35,421 nucleotides of DNA from Candidatus Omnitrophota bacterium (GCA_023247895.1 JAHFFP010000004.1:1-35421); one strand, 5' to 3'; counted from the first letter of the stretch, positions 17,865 through 26,492 are shown. Translations and numbers: made by a program. The notes: generated from the letters alone by a model not told the origin.

Positions 17865-18328
17865 CGTAACGCTTCTAAAAGCATTTTAATTGCCTTATCA
17901 GTAGCTTTTCTTTTTACCTGCAGGCGGCTGCCTCTGAAAAGTGATTTTTTAACCAATACCTTCTTTTTTGAAGAAACAGCGATAAACACGGTTCCTGCCG
18001 GTTTAGTTTTAGTTCCGCCGTGTGGGCCTGCGATTCCGGTTATCCCTACGCTTATTGAGGCTTGGGCTATTTTTCGGATATTTAGCGCCATACGTTTTAC
18101 CACTTCTTCAGAAACAGCGCCATGCGTAACGATTATTTTCTTGGGAATTTTAAGGATTCTGGTTTTTGAATCGTTAGAATAGGTGACTATTCCTAAAAGA
18201 AATGCGTGAGAGCTTCCGGAGATATTGGTAATACGGTTTGAAAGTAGGCCTCCGGTGCAGGATTCGGCAATGGCAAGGGTAAGCCTTTTCTGAATGAGCT
18301 TATTTAGGAGAGTAACCTCTTTTAACAT
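17861..18328 (-). CDS. cinA: CinA C-terminal domain protein / NMN deamidase (PncC)
   Basis: AESCTGG, SGSS, YSN, HGAVS, GITGIAGP; ATG 18328 chosen from domain length and promoter position. Confidence 0.88.
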   Translation of the reverse strand: MLKEVTLLNKLIQKRLTLAIAESCTGGLLSNRITNISGSSHAFLLGIVTYSNDSKTRILKIPKKIIVTHGAVSEEVVKRMALNIRKIAQASISVGITGIAGPHGGTKTKPAGTVFIAVSSKKKVLVKKSLFRGSRLQVKRKATDKAIKMLLEALR

Positions 18329-18334
18329 AGAGAT

Positions 18335-18384
18335 ATTATAAACTAATACAAAAGCCTTGACAACCTTAAATTTAGTGATAAAAT
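18335..18384. promoter_or_regulatory. Overlapping divergent sigma70 promoters (rib operon on +, cinA on -)
   Basis: + strand: TTGACA 18357-62, 16 nt, TGaTAAAAT 18376-84. - strand: TTGTCA 18363-58, 17 nt, TATAAT 18340-35. Confidence 0.65.
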
Positions 18385-18390
18385 ACACCT

Positions 18391-18639
18391 AATCTTCGGG
18401 GCAGGGTGAAATTCCCGACCGGCGGTTGCGCTAAAAGCGCACACCAAACCATCAGATCGGTTTGGGTGTAGCGCAGAAGCGCACACCGGCGTTTCCAATA
18501 ACGCCGGGTGTAAAGTCCGCGAGTCTTGCGCGAAAGCGCGGACATGAACCGGTGAAAATCCGGTACCGATAGTTTGCGCTAAAGGCGCACACCAAACCAT
18601 CTGATTGGTTTGGGCCGAAAGTCTAGAGGGGAGAAGATT
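18391..18639 (+). promoter_or_regulatory. FMN (RFN) riboswitch with large insertions in L3 and L6
   Basis: AATCTTCGGGGCAGGGTGAAATTCCCGACCGGCGGT..AAAGTCCGCGA..CCGGTGAAAATCCGGTACCGATAGT..AAAGTCTAGAGGGGAGAAGATT, upstream of ribBA. Confidence 0.93.
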
Positions 18640-18721
18640 AAGAACGCGGATGGCGCGGATTTATAAAGAAAGTATCCTGCGCAGATTACGCGGATAAAGT
18701 AAAAAACTAAGTATATGTATG

Positions 18722-18750
18722 CCCCGGGATAAAACTCGGGGTTTTTGTTT
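18722..18750 (+). terminator. Intrinsic terminator of the riboswitch expression platform
   Basis: CCCCGGG-ATAAAA-CTCGGGG followed by TTTTTGTTT, just before ribBA. Confidence 0.7.
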
Positions 18751-18753
18751 GCC

Positions 18754-19971
18754 ATGTTTAATACCATTGAAGAAATAATTAAAGATATAGAATCCGGCAA
18801 GATGGTTATTGTTATTGATGATGAAAGCCGAGAAAATGAGGGTGACTTGGTAATGGCTGCATCCGGTGCCACCCAAGAAAAAATAAACTTTATGGCTAAG
18901 TTTGGCCGGGGGCTTGTTTGTGTGCCGATGACCCATGAACGGCTTGAGGTGTTAGGGTTGCATTTGATGATTAATTTTCTACCGCATGAGGCCCCCGGAG
19001 GCTATGAGGACAAGTTTCAGACTGCGTGGCGTATTTCTGTGGACGCGCGCAACGGCATAACTACGGGAATCTCTGCCGGCGACAGGGCGCATACTATTAA
19101 AGTTTTAATTGATGAAAAAAGCAAGCCCCAGGATTTAATTCGGCCAGGGCATATCTTTCCTTTAGCGGCAAAAGAAGGCGGCGTTTTGGTAAGGGCAGGC
19201 CATACCGAGGCTGCGGTGGATTTGGCGCGCCTTGCCGGGATGTATCCTGCGGGGGTGATTTGCGAGATTATGAATGATGACGGCACCATGGCACGCACCC
19301 CTGAGCTAAAGCAATTTGCTAAAACCCATAGCTTAAAGATTTGTACTATTGCCTCGTTAATAGAATATAGGCGTAGAAAAGAGCTCTTGGTAAAAAAGAT
19401 AGAAGAGACAAGGCTGCCAACAGCTTTTGGCGAATTTACCTTGTCTCTTTATCAATCTATGATTGACCAGTCCGACCATTTAGCCTTGGTTATGGGAGAT
19501 ATTAAAAAGGGTGAGCCGACTTTAGTGAGAGTGCATTCGTCTTGTTTAACCGGCGATATCTTTTCTTCTTTACGCTGCGACTGCGGTGAGCAGTTAGAAA
19601 GGGCATTGCAGCTGATTCAGTCTGAAGGAAAAGGGGTGCTTATTTATATGAATCAGGAAGGCCGGGGCATAGGACTGGTAAATAAAATCCATGCCTATGC
19701 TTTGCAGGATAAGGGAATGGATACTGTTGAGGCAAACGAGGCATTGGGGTTTCCCGCGGATTTACGCGATTATGGAATCGGCGCGCAGATTCTGGCTGAT
19801 TTAGGCATAAAAAAGATTCGGCTTCTTACCAATAATCCCCGTAAGATTATTGGCTTGGAAGGGTATGGTTTAGAGGTCGTAGAGAGAGTGGAGATACAGG
19901 TTAAGCCTACAAAGGTTAACAAGAAATATCTTAAGGCCAAGAAAGAAAAATTGGGGCATCTCTTGGCGTAA
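18754..19971 (+). CDS. ribBA: Bifunctional DHBP synthase / GTP cyclohydrolase II
   Basis: [49 protein letters not shown]. Confidence 0.97.
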   Translation: MFNTIEEIIKDIESGKMVIVIDDESRENEGDLVMAASGATQEKINFMAKFGRGLVCVPMTHERLEVLGLHLMINFLPHEAPGGYEDKFQTAWRISVDARNGITTGISAGDRAHTIKVLIDEKSKPQDLIRPGHIFPLAAKEGGVLVRAGHTEAAVDLARLAGMYPAGVICEIMNDDGTMARTPELKQFAKTHSLKICTIASLIEYRRRKELLVKKIEETRLPTAFGEFTLSLYQSMIDQSDHLALVMGDIKKGEPTLVRVHSSCLTGDIFSSLRCDCGEQLERALQLIQSEGKGVLIYMNQEGRGIGLVNKIHAYALQDKGMDTVEANEALGFPADLRDYGIGAQILADLGIKKIRLLTNNPRKIIGLEGYGLEVVERVEIQVKPTKVNKKYLKAKKEKLGHLLA

Positions 19972-20029
19972 CCGTATAACTGCAGATACAAACTCTGATT
20001 ATACGAGAATACTCATTGAGGAGGAAGAA

Positions 20030-20497
20030 ATGATCAAGACAATAGAAGGGCAGTTGATTGCGAAAGGAAAAAGTTTTGGTATTGTTGCCAGCCGTTTCAA
20101 TGATTTTATTACCAAGCAGCTTATTGAGGGATGTATTGACGCGCTTGTACGCCATGGAGCGGATAAGGAGAAGATAGAGTTAGCGCTTGTGCCGGGAGCC
20201 TTCGAAATTCCCCTCGCTGCGCAAAAGTTAGCAAAGAGCAAGCGTTTTGACGCCGTTATCTGTTTAGGCACGGTAATCCGCGGGGCAACGCCGCATTTTG
20301 ACTATATTGCCAGCGAAGTCTCTAAAGGCATTGCCAATGTTTGATTAGATACGGGCTTTCCTATTGTGTTTGGAGTAATTACCGCGGATACCATTGAGCA
20401 GGCGATTGAACGCGCGGGAACCAAAGACGGAAATAAGGGAAAAGACGCGGCGGTTACCGCGATTGAGATGGTCAATCTTTTAAAGGAGCTGAAGTAA
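20030..20497 (+). CDS. ribH: 6,7-dimethyl-8-ribityllumazine synthase with one in-frame TGA (20342-20344)
   Basis: [24 protein letters not shown]; homology continues in frame after the TGA ([31 protein letters not shown]) to TAA 20495-97, giving a normal length. Confidence 0.85.
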
Positions 20498-20520
20498 CGC
20501 TCCGAGCGAAGCGAGGGCAA

Positions 20521-20931
20521 ATGCGTAAACGTACCAAAGCCAGGGAATACGCTTTACAGCTGTTATACCGATACGATATCACTCAGGAAGCTCCTATCGA
20601 TTTTGGGCAATTTTGGCAGGAACAGGATGAGCAGGATAATGAGGTAAAGCTGTTTACGCAAGAACTGGTGTCAGGGGCATTGCAAAAACTCTCTGAGATA
20701 GATAAGAAGATATCCGGGTTTGCCGAGAATTGGGAATTAAACCGTATGGCAGTCGTAGATAGGAATGTGCTGCGTATGGGCAGTTTTGAGCTTCTTTATT
20801 TAAAGGATATTCCCTCAAAAGTTTCTATAAATGAAGCGGTGGATTTAGCCAAGAAATATTCAGGAGAGGAATCGGGAAAGTTTGTTAATGGAATCCTTGA
20901 TCGCATCAAGCAAGATTGTGGTAAAACCTAA
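20521..20931 (+). CDS. nusB: Transcription antitermination factor NusB
   Basis: RTKAREYALQ, VDRNVLR, INEAVDLAK, FVNGILD. Confidence 0.95.
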   Translation: MRKRTKAREYALQLLYRYDITQEAPIDFGQFWQEQDEQDNEVKLFTQELVSGALQKLSEIDKKISGFAENWELNRMAVVDRNVLRMGSFELLYLKDIPSKVSINEAVDLAKKYSGEESGKFVNGILDRIKQDCGKT

Positions 20932-21006
20932 TTTAATAGGTGCAGGAAGATATATCCCTGTGGATAATCTCTTTCCTAAGAGGCTCAGGAAGGACTATCA
21001 CTCTGG

Positions 21007-21825
21007 ATGATGAAGTATGCCGACCTGCACATTCATACCTGTTATTCAGACGGGACTTTTAGCCCTGCCCATATTATTACCTTAGCCAAAAAAGCAGGTA
21101 TACGTTGTATCAGTATTACCGACCATGATTCGGTTGATACCTATCTAAACCCTTTACCTTCCGAAGAAGATATTGAAATTATTCCGGGCGTGGAATTTAC
21201 CTCAAACTACAACAATATAGAAGTGCATATTTTAGGGTATTTTATTGATTATAGCGCAGCCTGGTTTCAAGAAAGGCTTAAAGCTATGTGCGAGGACCGA
21301 ATTAAACGGATGGAGGCAATGTGCCAAAAGCTTACAGGATTAGGTATGCCTTTAACTATAGAAGAGATATCAAAATTTGCAGGCCATTCTTGCGTGGGGA
21401 GGCTGCATTTGGCTCGAGTTATGGTACAAAAGGGTTTTGTCGCTTATCCTCAAGAGGCATTTAATAAATATATAAGCGATAGCGGCCCTGCCTATGTGTC
21501 TAATTTTAGGCTTACCCCCCGAGAAGTGATTGACGTAATTCTTAAGGCCAAGGGAGTGCCTGTATTGGCACATCCTTATAGCTTGCCTAACCAAGAGTTA
21601 ATCCCTGAGTTTGTTAAAACCGGGCTTATGGGCATAGAAGGTATTTATTCGGAGCATTCTCCTAAGCAAACAGCGCATTATAAAAAGTTAGCTCAAGAAT
21701 ATGATTTGCTTCTTACTGGAGGTTCTGATTTTCATGGAGATGCCAAGCCAGAGGTAAAAATCGGCATGGCTAAGATTCCCTATTTTTTTGTAGAAGCGCT
21801 TAAAAATGCCCGCATAAAGGTGTAA
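21007..21825 (+). CDS. PHP-domain phosphoesterase (YciV/TrpH-like)
   Basis: DLHIHT..SDG, ITDHD, VHILGY, LAHP, GGSDFHG. Confidence 0.9.
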   Translation: MMKYADLHIHTCYSDGTFSPAHIITLAKKAGIRCISITDHDSVDTYLNPLPSEEDIEIIPGVEFTSNYNNIEVHILGYFIDYSAAWFQERLKAMCEDRIKRMEAMCQKLTGLGMPLTIEEISKFAGHSCVGRLHLARVMVQKGFVAYPQEAFNKYISDSGPAYVSNFRLTPREVIDVILKAKGVPVLAHPYSLPNQELIPEFVKTGLMGIEGIYSEHSPKQTAHYKKLAQEYDLLLTGGSDFHGDAKPEVKIGMAKIPYFFVEALKNARIKV

Positions 21826-21840
21826 GCAGATTAGTCGAAT

Positions 21841-22938
21841 ATGAAAATTTCAAATGAATATTTTATGCAAAAGGCTCTTGCTTTGGCATTGAAAGCCAAA
21901 GGTCAAACGTTTCCTAATCCGCTTGTCGGTGCGCTGGTAGTTAAGGATGGTAGAATTATCGGCAAAGGCTATCATAAAAAAGCAGGCTTACCCCATGCCG
22001 AGGTAGAAGCTATTGAAGATGCCGGAAAAAAAGCAAAAGGTGCTATGCTTTATGTTAGCTTAGAGCCATGCACGCATTACGGCCGCACGCCTCCTTGTGT
22101 GGATAAGATATTGGAGTCTGGGATTAAAAAAGTATTTGCGGGCATGGTTGATCCTAATCCCTTAAATAACGGCAAGGGGATAAAATTACTGCAAGAGCAT
22201 GGCGTAGAAGTTGAAGTTGGTTTTTGTGAAGATAAGGCGCGAAAAATAAATCAGCCTTTTATGAAATGCATCACTAAGAAAATGCCGTTTATTACGGTAA
22301 AGGTAGGGCAGTCTTTGGATGGCAAGATTGCGACAAAAAACGGTGATTCAAAATGGATTACCTCAGATAAAACAAGGGCATTTGCTCATAGTTTACGCCG
22401 GTTTTACGATGGAGTAATGGTGGGAGTGAATACCGTAATTCGCGATGACCCCTTTTTAGTATCGGAATGCCCTGAGCATCCGATAACCAGGATTATTGCT
22501 GATAGCCACCTGAGCACGAGTGCGAAAGCTAATCTGTTTCAGAAGCCTGACCCGGTTATCATCGCTACGCTCAGGGAATCTTTGGGCCAGGAAACAGAGA
22601 ATAGGAATTTGTTAGCTCGGGAGGCAAAGATATTAGAAGTACGGGAAAATAACGGCCAGTTAAATCTCTATGATTTATTTAAAAAATTGGCACGCTTAGG
22701 GATAACTAATGTTTTAGTTGAAGGAGGAGGCTCTTTAATCGGCTCCCTATTTGATTGCAATTTGGTAGATAAAATTTTATTTTTTATTGCGCCTAAGATT
22801 ATCGGAGGTAAGGATTCCATAAGCTCAGTAATGGGTAAAGGGATATCCCGCATAGATCGGGCGGTTAAGTTAAAGGATGTCAGGATTCAGAAGATTGGAG
22901 AAGATATGCTGATTGAAGGCGCGGTTAAGGAATATTGA
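21841..22938 (+). CDS. ribD: Bifunctional pyrimidine deaminase/reductase
   Basis: PNPLVG, HAE, LEPCTHYGRTPPC, SLDGKIA, VEGGG. Confidence 0.97.
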   Translation: MKISNEYFMQKALALALKAKGQTFPNPLVGALVVKDGRIIGKGYHKKAGLPHAEVEAIEDAGKKAKGAMLYVSLEPCTHYGRTPPCVDKILESGIKKVFAGMVDPNPLNNGKGIKLLQEHGVEVEVGFCEDKARKINQPFMKCITKKMPFITVKVGQSLDGKIATKNGDSKWITSDKTRAFAHSLRRFYDGVMVGVNTVIRDDPFLVSECPEHPITRIIADSHLSTSAKANLFQKPDPVIIATLRESLGQETENRNLLAREAKILEVRENNGQLNLYDLFKKLARLGITNVLVEGGGSLIGSLFDCNLVDKILFFIAPKIIGGKDSISSVMGKGISRIDRAVKLKDVRIQKIGEDMLIEGAVKEY

Positions 22939-22987
22939 GTTTGGGAGCTTTGAGAGTTTAGGAGTTCAGGGAGTTTGGGGAGTTTAG
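22936..22987 (+). repeat. Degenerate tandem (G)GAGTTT-type repeats filling the intergenic gap
   Basis: GAGTTTGGGAGCTTTGAGAGTTTAGGAGTTCAGGGAGTTTGGGGAGTTTAG. Confidence 0.6.
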
Positions 22988-23563
22988 ATGTTTACGGGGA
23001 TTGTGGAAGAATTGGGAGTGGTGAAGAATATAGCCCATAAAGGCGCTATTATCGCTTTATCTATTCAAGCTGCCAAGTGCGTAGAAGGCACGAAACTAGG
23101 CGATAGTATTGCGGTTAACGGAGTTTGCCTTACCGTGGTGAAGGCGGAAAGTGGAGAACTAACTTTTGAACTCTTGGTTGAGACCTCAGGGCTTACCAAT
23201 TTAGGTAAGCTAAGAATAGGCCAGAAGGTTAATCTGGAGCGTTCTTTAAGAATAGGCGATAGGCTCTCAGGGCATTTTGTTGCCGGGCATATAGATTGCT
23301 TGGGTGTTATTCGTAATAAAAGCTATGTTGCAGGAAACCTTTGTTTTGAAATAGCGATACCTCAAGAGTGTATAAAATATATTGTTGCTAAGGGCTCTGT
23401 TGCAGTTGACGGCATAAGTTTGACGGTAGCGATCAGGCGTTCAAATATTTTTAGCGTATATATTATCCCCCATACTCTTCAAAATACCACCTTAAGCTTT
23501 AAAGGCCCCTCTGCCCTAGTCAATATAGAATGTGATATTCTTGCCAAATACCGAAAACAATAA
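22988..23563 (+). CDS. ribE: Riboflavin synthase alpha chain
   Basis: MFTGIVE, SIAVNGVCLTV, VNLE, GHID, GSVAVDGISLTV. Confidence 0.97.
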   Translation: MFTGIVEELGVVKNIAHKGAIIALSIQAAKCVEGTKLGDSIAVNGVCLTVVKAESGELTFELLVETSGLTNLGKLRIGQKVNLERSLRIGDRLSGHFVAGHIDCLGVIRNKSYVAGNLCFEIAIPQECIKYIVAKGSVAVDGISLTVAIRRSNIFSVYIIPHTLQNTTLSFKGPSALVNIECDILAKYRKQ

Positions 23564-23676
23564 TTCCTGGTAAAGTTAACCCCATCTTTCTTGAAAGTCT
23601 ATTCCTTTTAAAAGAAGGGCTTGACTGGTTAACATCGCTTATTGCTAAAGGTGTTTTTTTTTGGTATAGTATGAAA

Positions 23677-24057
23677 ATGGCAAGAATTTTATTAATATTA
23701 GCTGGAGGAGGTGTCGGCGCTTTGTTAAGGTATGGTTTGTCAGGGGCAATTTCTAAACATTACGCTACTTTTCCCTGGGGGACATTGGCAGTGAATCTAT
23801 CCGGTTCTTTGGCTGTTGGGTTTCTTTGGGGGCTATCTGAAAGGTTGGTTTTTTCAAGTAATCTGAAACCCTTTATATTTGTAGGTATCTTGGGTGGTTT
23901 TACCACCTTTTCCGCTTACGGCTTGGAATGTTTCAATCTATTGAGGGAGGGAGAAGTTTTGCCTGCCCTCGCCAATATTTTCTTAAGCAATAGTATAGGA
24001 ATAGGTTTGGTTTTTCTGGGGTTTGCTTTGTCTAAAGCATTGATCTGTTGGTTATGA
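23677..24057 (+). CDS. crcB: Fluoride channel Fluc/CrcB
   Basis: GGGVGALLRY, FPWGTLAVN, GGFTTFS; alternative start at 23671. Confidence 0.93.
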   Translation: MARILLILAGGGVGALLRYGLSGAISKHYATFPWGTLAVNLSGSLAVGFLWGLSERLVFSSNLKPFIFVGILGGFTTFSAYGLECFNLLREGEVLPALANIFLSNSIGIGLVFLGFALSKALICWL

Positions 24058-24102
24058 TGATATAGGAGATACAAATTCCATAAGGTTTTGGTGAGGGGCG
24101 TG

Positions 24103-24141
24103 CCCCGTACAAAACCCTCTGGAATTCCAAATAGTTTTGTA

Positions 24142-24146
<5 letters not shown>
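24103..24146. mobile_element. 44-bp MITE-like element with 13-bp IRs and 4-bp target duplication CGTG, overlapping the tRNA-Pro 5' end
   Basis: CGTG|CCCCGTACAAAAC...GTTTTGTACGGGG|CGTG. Confidence 0.65.
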
Positions 24147-24218
<72 letters not shown>

Positions 24219-24364
24219 AATCTAATAATACTCTTATAAAAATTGAGCAGGGAATTGCAAGGGAGCCCACTACTGCCACGGTCACAAAAATAGCTTCCGC
24301 CTTGGAGGTTTCTATTGATGAATTGGTAAAAGGAAGTAAGAATAATGAAAAGAGGAAATTATGA
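24219..24364 (+). pseudogene. 5'-truncated XRE-family HTH remnant abutting the tRNA 3' end
   Basis: NTLIKIEQGIAREPTTATVTKIASALEVSIDELV corresponds to XRE helices 3-5; no start codon or N-terminal helices. Confidence 0.7.
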
Positions 24365-24651
24365 GAGCTATTAATAATAAAGAGAAGTTACTCCAAACAT
24401 GCAGAAATAATGACATTGTATTCTTGGCGATATTCGGCTCTTTTGTAACAGGTGATTTTACGAAGAAAAGCGATATCGATCTTTTAGCTCGTTTTTCTAA
24501 GCCTAAGAGTTTGCTTGATCTTGTAAGGATTGAAAGAATGTTTTCAGATGTTTTGGGCAGAAAGACAGATTTATTAACCGAAGCCTCTATCAGCCCCTAT
24601 TTAAGAGACCGGATTAAAAATGAGATGGAGGTAGTTTATGAATCCCGTTAG
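24361..24651 (+). CDS. Minimal nucleotidyltransferase (MntA-type antitoxin)
   Basis: FGSFVTGDFTKKSDIDL (GSx10DxD), LGRKTDL. Confidence 0.88.
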   Translation: MRAINNKEKLLQTCRNNDIVFLAIFGSFVTGDFTKKSDIDLLARFSKPKSLLDLVRIERMFSDVLGRKTDLLTEASISPYLRDRIKNEMEVVYESR

Positions 24652-24913
24652 ACCTGGGTATTTTTATACATACGTTCTTACATCTGATAAAACAGGAACA
24701 TTTTATACCGGTGCTACAAATAATTTAGAGAGGAGATTAGAGCGACATAACAGTGGTAATGTATATTATACTAAAAATAAGCTTCCCGTGAGGCTGGTTT
24801 ATTTTGAAGCCTGTTTAAATAAAGACGATGCTTATCGTAGGGAAAGATATTTAAAGACTGGCATGGGTAAAAGATATCTTAAGAATCGGTTAAAAGGAGG
24901 TCTAACGGGATGA
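24638..24913 (+). CDS. Small GIY-YIG nuclease (UPF0213/SLX1-like)
   Basis: [40 protein letters not shown]. Confidence 0.88.
   Translation: MNPVRPGYFYTYVLTSDKTGTFYTGATNNLERRLERHNSGNVYYTKNKLPVRLVYFEACLNKDDAYRRERYLKTGMGKRYLKNRLKGGLTG
24643..24910. mobile_element. 268-bp GIY-YIG-encoding element with 13-bp terminal IRs and 4-bp target duplication TGAA
   Basis: TGAA|TCCCGTTAGACCT...AGGTCTAACGGGA|TGAA; removal restores an overlapping MNT-HEPN operon. Confidence 0.75.
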
Positions 24914-25254
24914 AAGAGCGGGATGATACAGTATACCTAAAGCATATTTTAGATGCGATTGCCAGAATTGAAGGATATCTTTCCGGGGTTAATCAGGAGA
25001 CTTTTACTAAGACCCCGCTTCTTCAAGATGGGGTCATTCGGCAGGTTGAAATCATTGGAGAAGCAGCTAAAAGGATTTCCTCTTGCCTGCGAAACAAATA
25101 CCCCAATATCCCATGGAAAGACATAGCAGGGATGCGAGACAAGCTTATTCATGATTACTTTGGAGTAGATATCAACGCAGTCTGGTCTACGACAAAAAAA
25201 GATATTCCAACGCTAAAAGCAGAGGTGCAACAAATTTTAAAGGACATTACATAG
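24910..25254 (+). CDS. HEPN (DUF86/HepT-type) RNase toxin
   Basis: [33 protein letters not shown] (Rx4HxY). Confidence 0.9.
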   Translation: MKERDDTVYLKHILDAIARIEGYLSGVNQETFTKTPLLQDGVIRQVEIIGEAAKRISSCLRNKYPNIPWKDIAGMRDKLIHDYFGVDINAVWSTTKKDIPTLKAEVQQILKDIT

Positions 25255-25400
25255 CGTCGCAAAATAACTTAAGATAAGTTATTCACAAGTTCTAAGACCG
25301 TTCAGATGTGGCGACGACGTTAAGGTATTATATACAGGTGTTTCCGGAAGATTTAGAAGAAACCGTATACATGTTGGCGGAAAGATAAGGAGGGTTAATC

Positions 25401-26090
25401 ATGATAGTTTTAAGAATAAGTGGCTTAGTTTTAATGATTTTATTTTTGGCAGTTGGTACATCTTGTTCTCAGACTATTGAAGAATACCTTGGTAAAGGTT
25501 TAGAGTATGGTGCTCAAGGAAAATTTGAGGAGGCAGAAAAAGAATTTAAAAAAACTTTAGAAATTGACCAATTCTATGAACAGGCAGAGGAATGTTTAAG
25601 ATTAATTGAAGATGTTTTAGAGAAAAGAGTAGAAAGTGAGGTTGTTATTCATTTATTTAAAGGGGGAACTTATCACGACAAAGGGATGATTGATGAAGCC
25701 ATCGCTGAATACAAGAAAGCCATTGCTATTGACCCTAACTATGTCTCAGCGCATCATCTTCTCGGGATAGCTTGTCACGACAAAGGGATGATTGATGAAG
25801 CCATCGCTGAATACAAGAAAGCCATTGCTATTGACCCTAACCATGTCTCAGCGCATCATAATCTCGGGATAGCTTATAGCAGTAAAGGGATGACTGATGA
25901 AGCCATCGCTGAATACAAGAAAGCCATTGCTATTGACCCTAAGGATGCCTCGGCGCATAATAACTTGGCTGTGAGATATTATATGCAAGGGCGATATGAT
26001 TTAGCCGTTAAACATTGTGATAAGGCAATTGAACTTGGATATAAAGTTAATCCTAGATTTTTAGAGGATTTAAAGCCATACAGAAAATAG
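25401..26090 (+). CDS. Secreted or lipoprotein TPR-repeat protein
   Basis: N-terminal signal peptide; repeated KGMIDEAIAEYKKAIAIDP TPR units; SD AAGGAGG. Confidence 0.88.
   Translation: MIVLRISGLVLMILFLAVGTSCSQTIEEYLGKGLEYGAQGKFEEAEKEFKKTLEIDQFYEQAEECLRLIEDVLEKRVESEVVIHLFKGGTYHDKGMIDEAIAEYKKAIAIDPNYVSAHHLLGIACHDKGMIDEAIAEYKKAIAIDPNHVSAHHNLGIAYSSKGMTDEAIAEYKKAIAIDPKDASAHNNLAVRYYMQGRYDLAVKHCDKAIELGYKVNPRFLEDLKPYRK
25673..25965 (+). repeat. About three near-identical 102-bp tandem units (one TPR each)
   Basis: AAAGGGATG recurs at 25680, 25782 and 25884 with near nucleotide identity. Confidence 0.85.
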
Positions 26091-26145
26091 GGCTATTCTT
26101 TTCCTATGAAACATATAACCAAAATTTTCTAACAACCCGAAGGGC

Positions 26146-26174
26146 AGAGTTCCACGGCCTGCCCGTGGAACTCT
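26146..26174 (+). terminator. Palindrome followed by a T-run (terminator or REP-like)
   Basis: AGAGTTCCACGG-CCTGC-CCGTGGAACTCT-ACTTTTTT. Confidence 0.6.
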
Positions 26175-26222
26175 ACTTTTTTCAGATAAAAAGGGGGAAT
26201 TAATCTTTATGGAGGTGTTTGA

Positions 26223-26492
26223 ATGGTACTATTAATGTTATTTGGCTTGTGGGTAATAATAACAGGGAAAGTTATCATTACAAAAAATATTAGTTTTGCT
26301 GGAAAAAAAGCTAGAATTTATGGTTTACTCTTAATAGCGCTATCTGTTCCTTGGAGCGTTGTCGTAAGTTATTTACTGCAGCTTGTATTGCCAGCATCTT
26401 TACTTGTCAATAGTTATGTGGAAATAATAATAAATGCTATTCTTATTATTTTGTTTGTTGTTCTGTTAGCAATTCCGTTTCGTGAACAATGA
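26223..26492 (+). CDS. Hypothetical 3-TM membrane protein
   Basis: SD GGAGGTG; three hydrophobic segments; AT-rich. Confidence 0.7.
   Translation: MVLLMLFGLWVIITGKVIITKNISFAGKKARIYGLLLIALSVPWSVVVSYLLQLVLPASLLVNSYVEIIINAILIILFVVLLAIPFREQ

Noticed and set aside
20342-20344. Genome-wide TGA reassignment (code 4 or 25)
   Set aside because: Many conserved genes (cooC, tilS, pdxJ, ribD, ligA) end at TGA at their expected lengths.
25673-25965. CRISPR array or DGR template/variable repeat
   Set aside because: The units are contiguous in-frame TPR repeats with no spacers, and no cas or reverse transcriptase gene is nearby.
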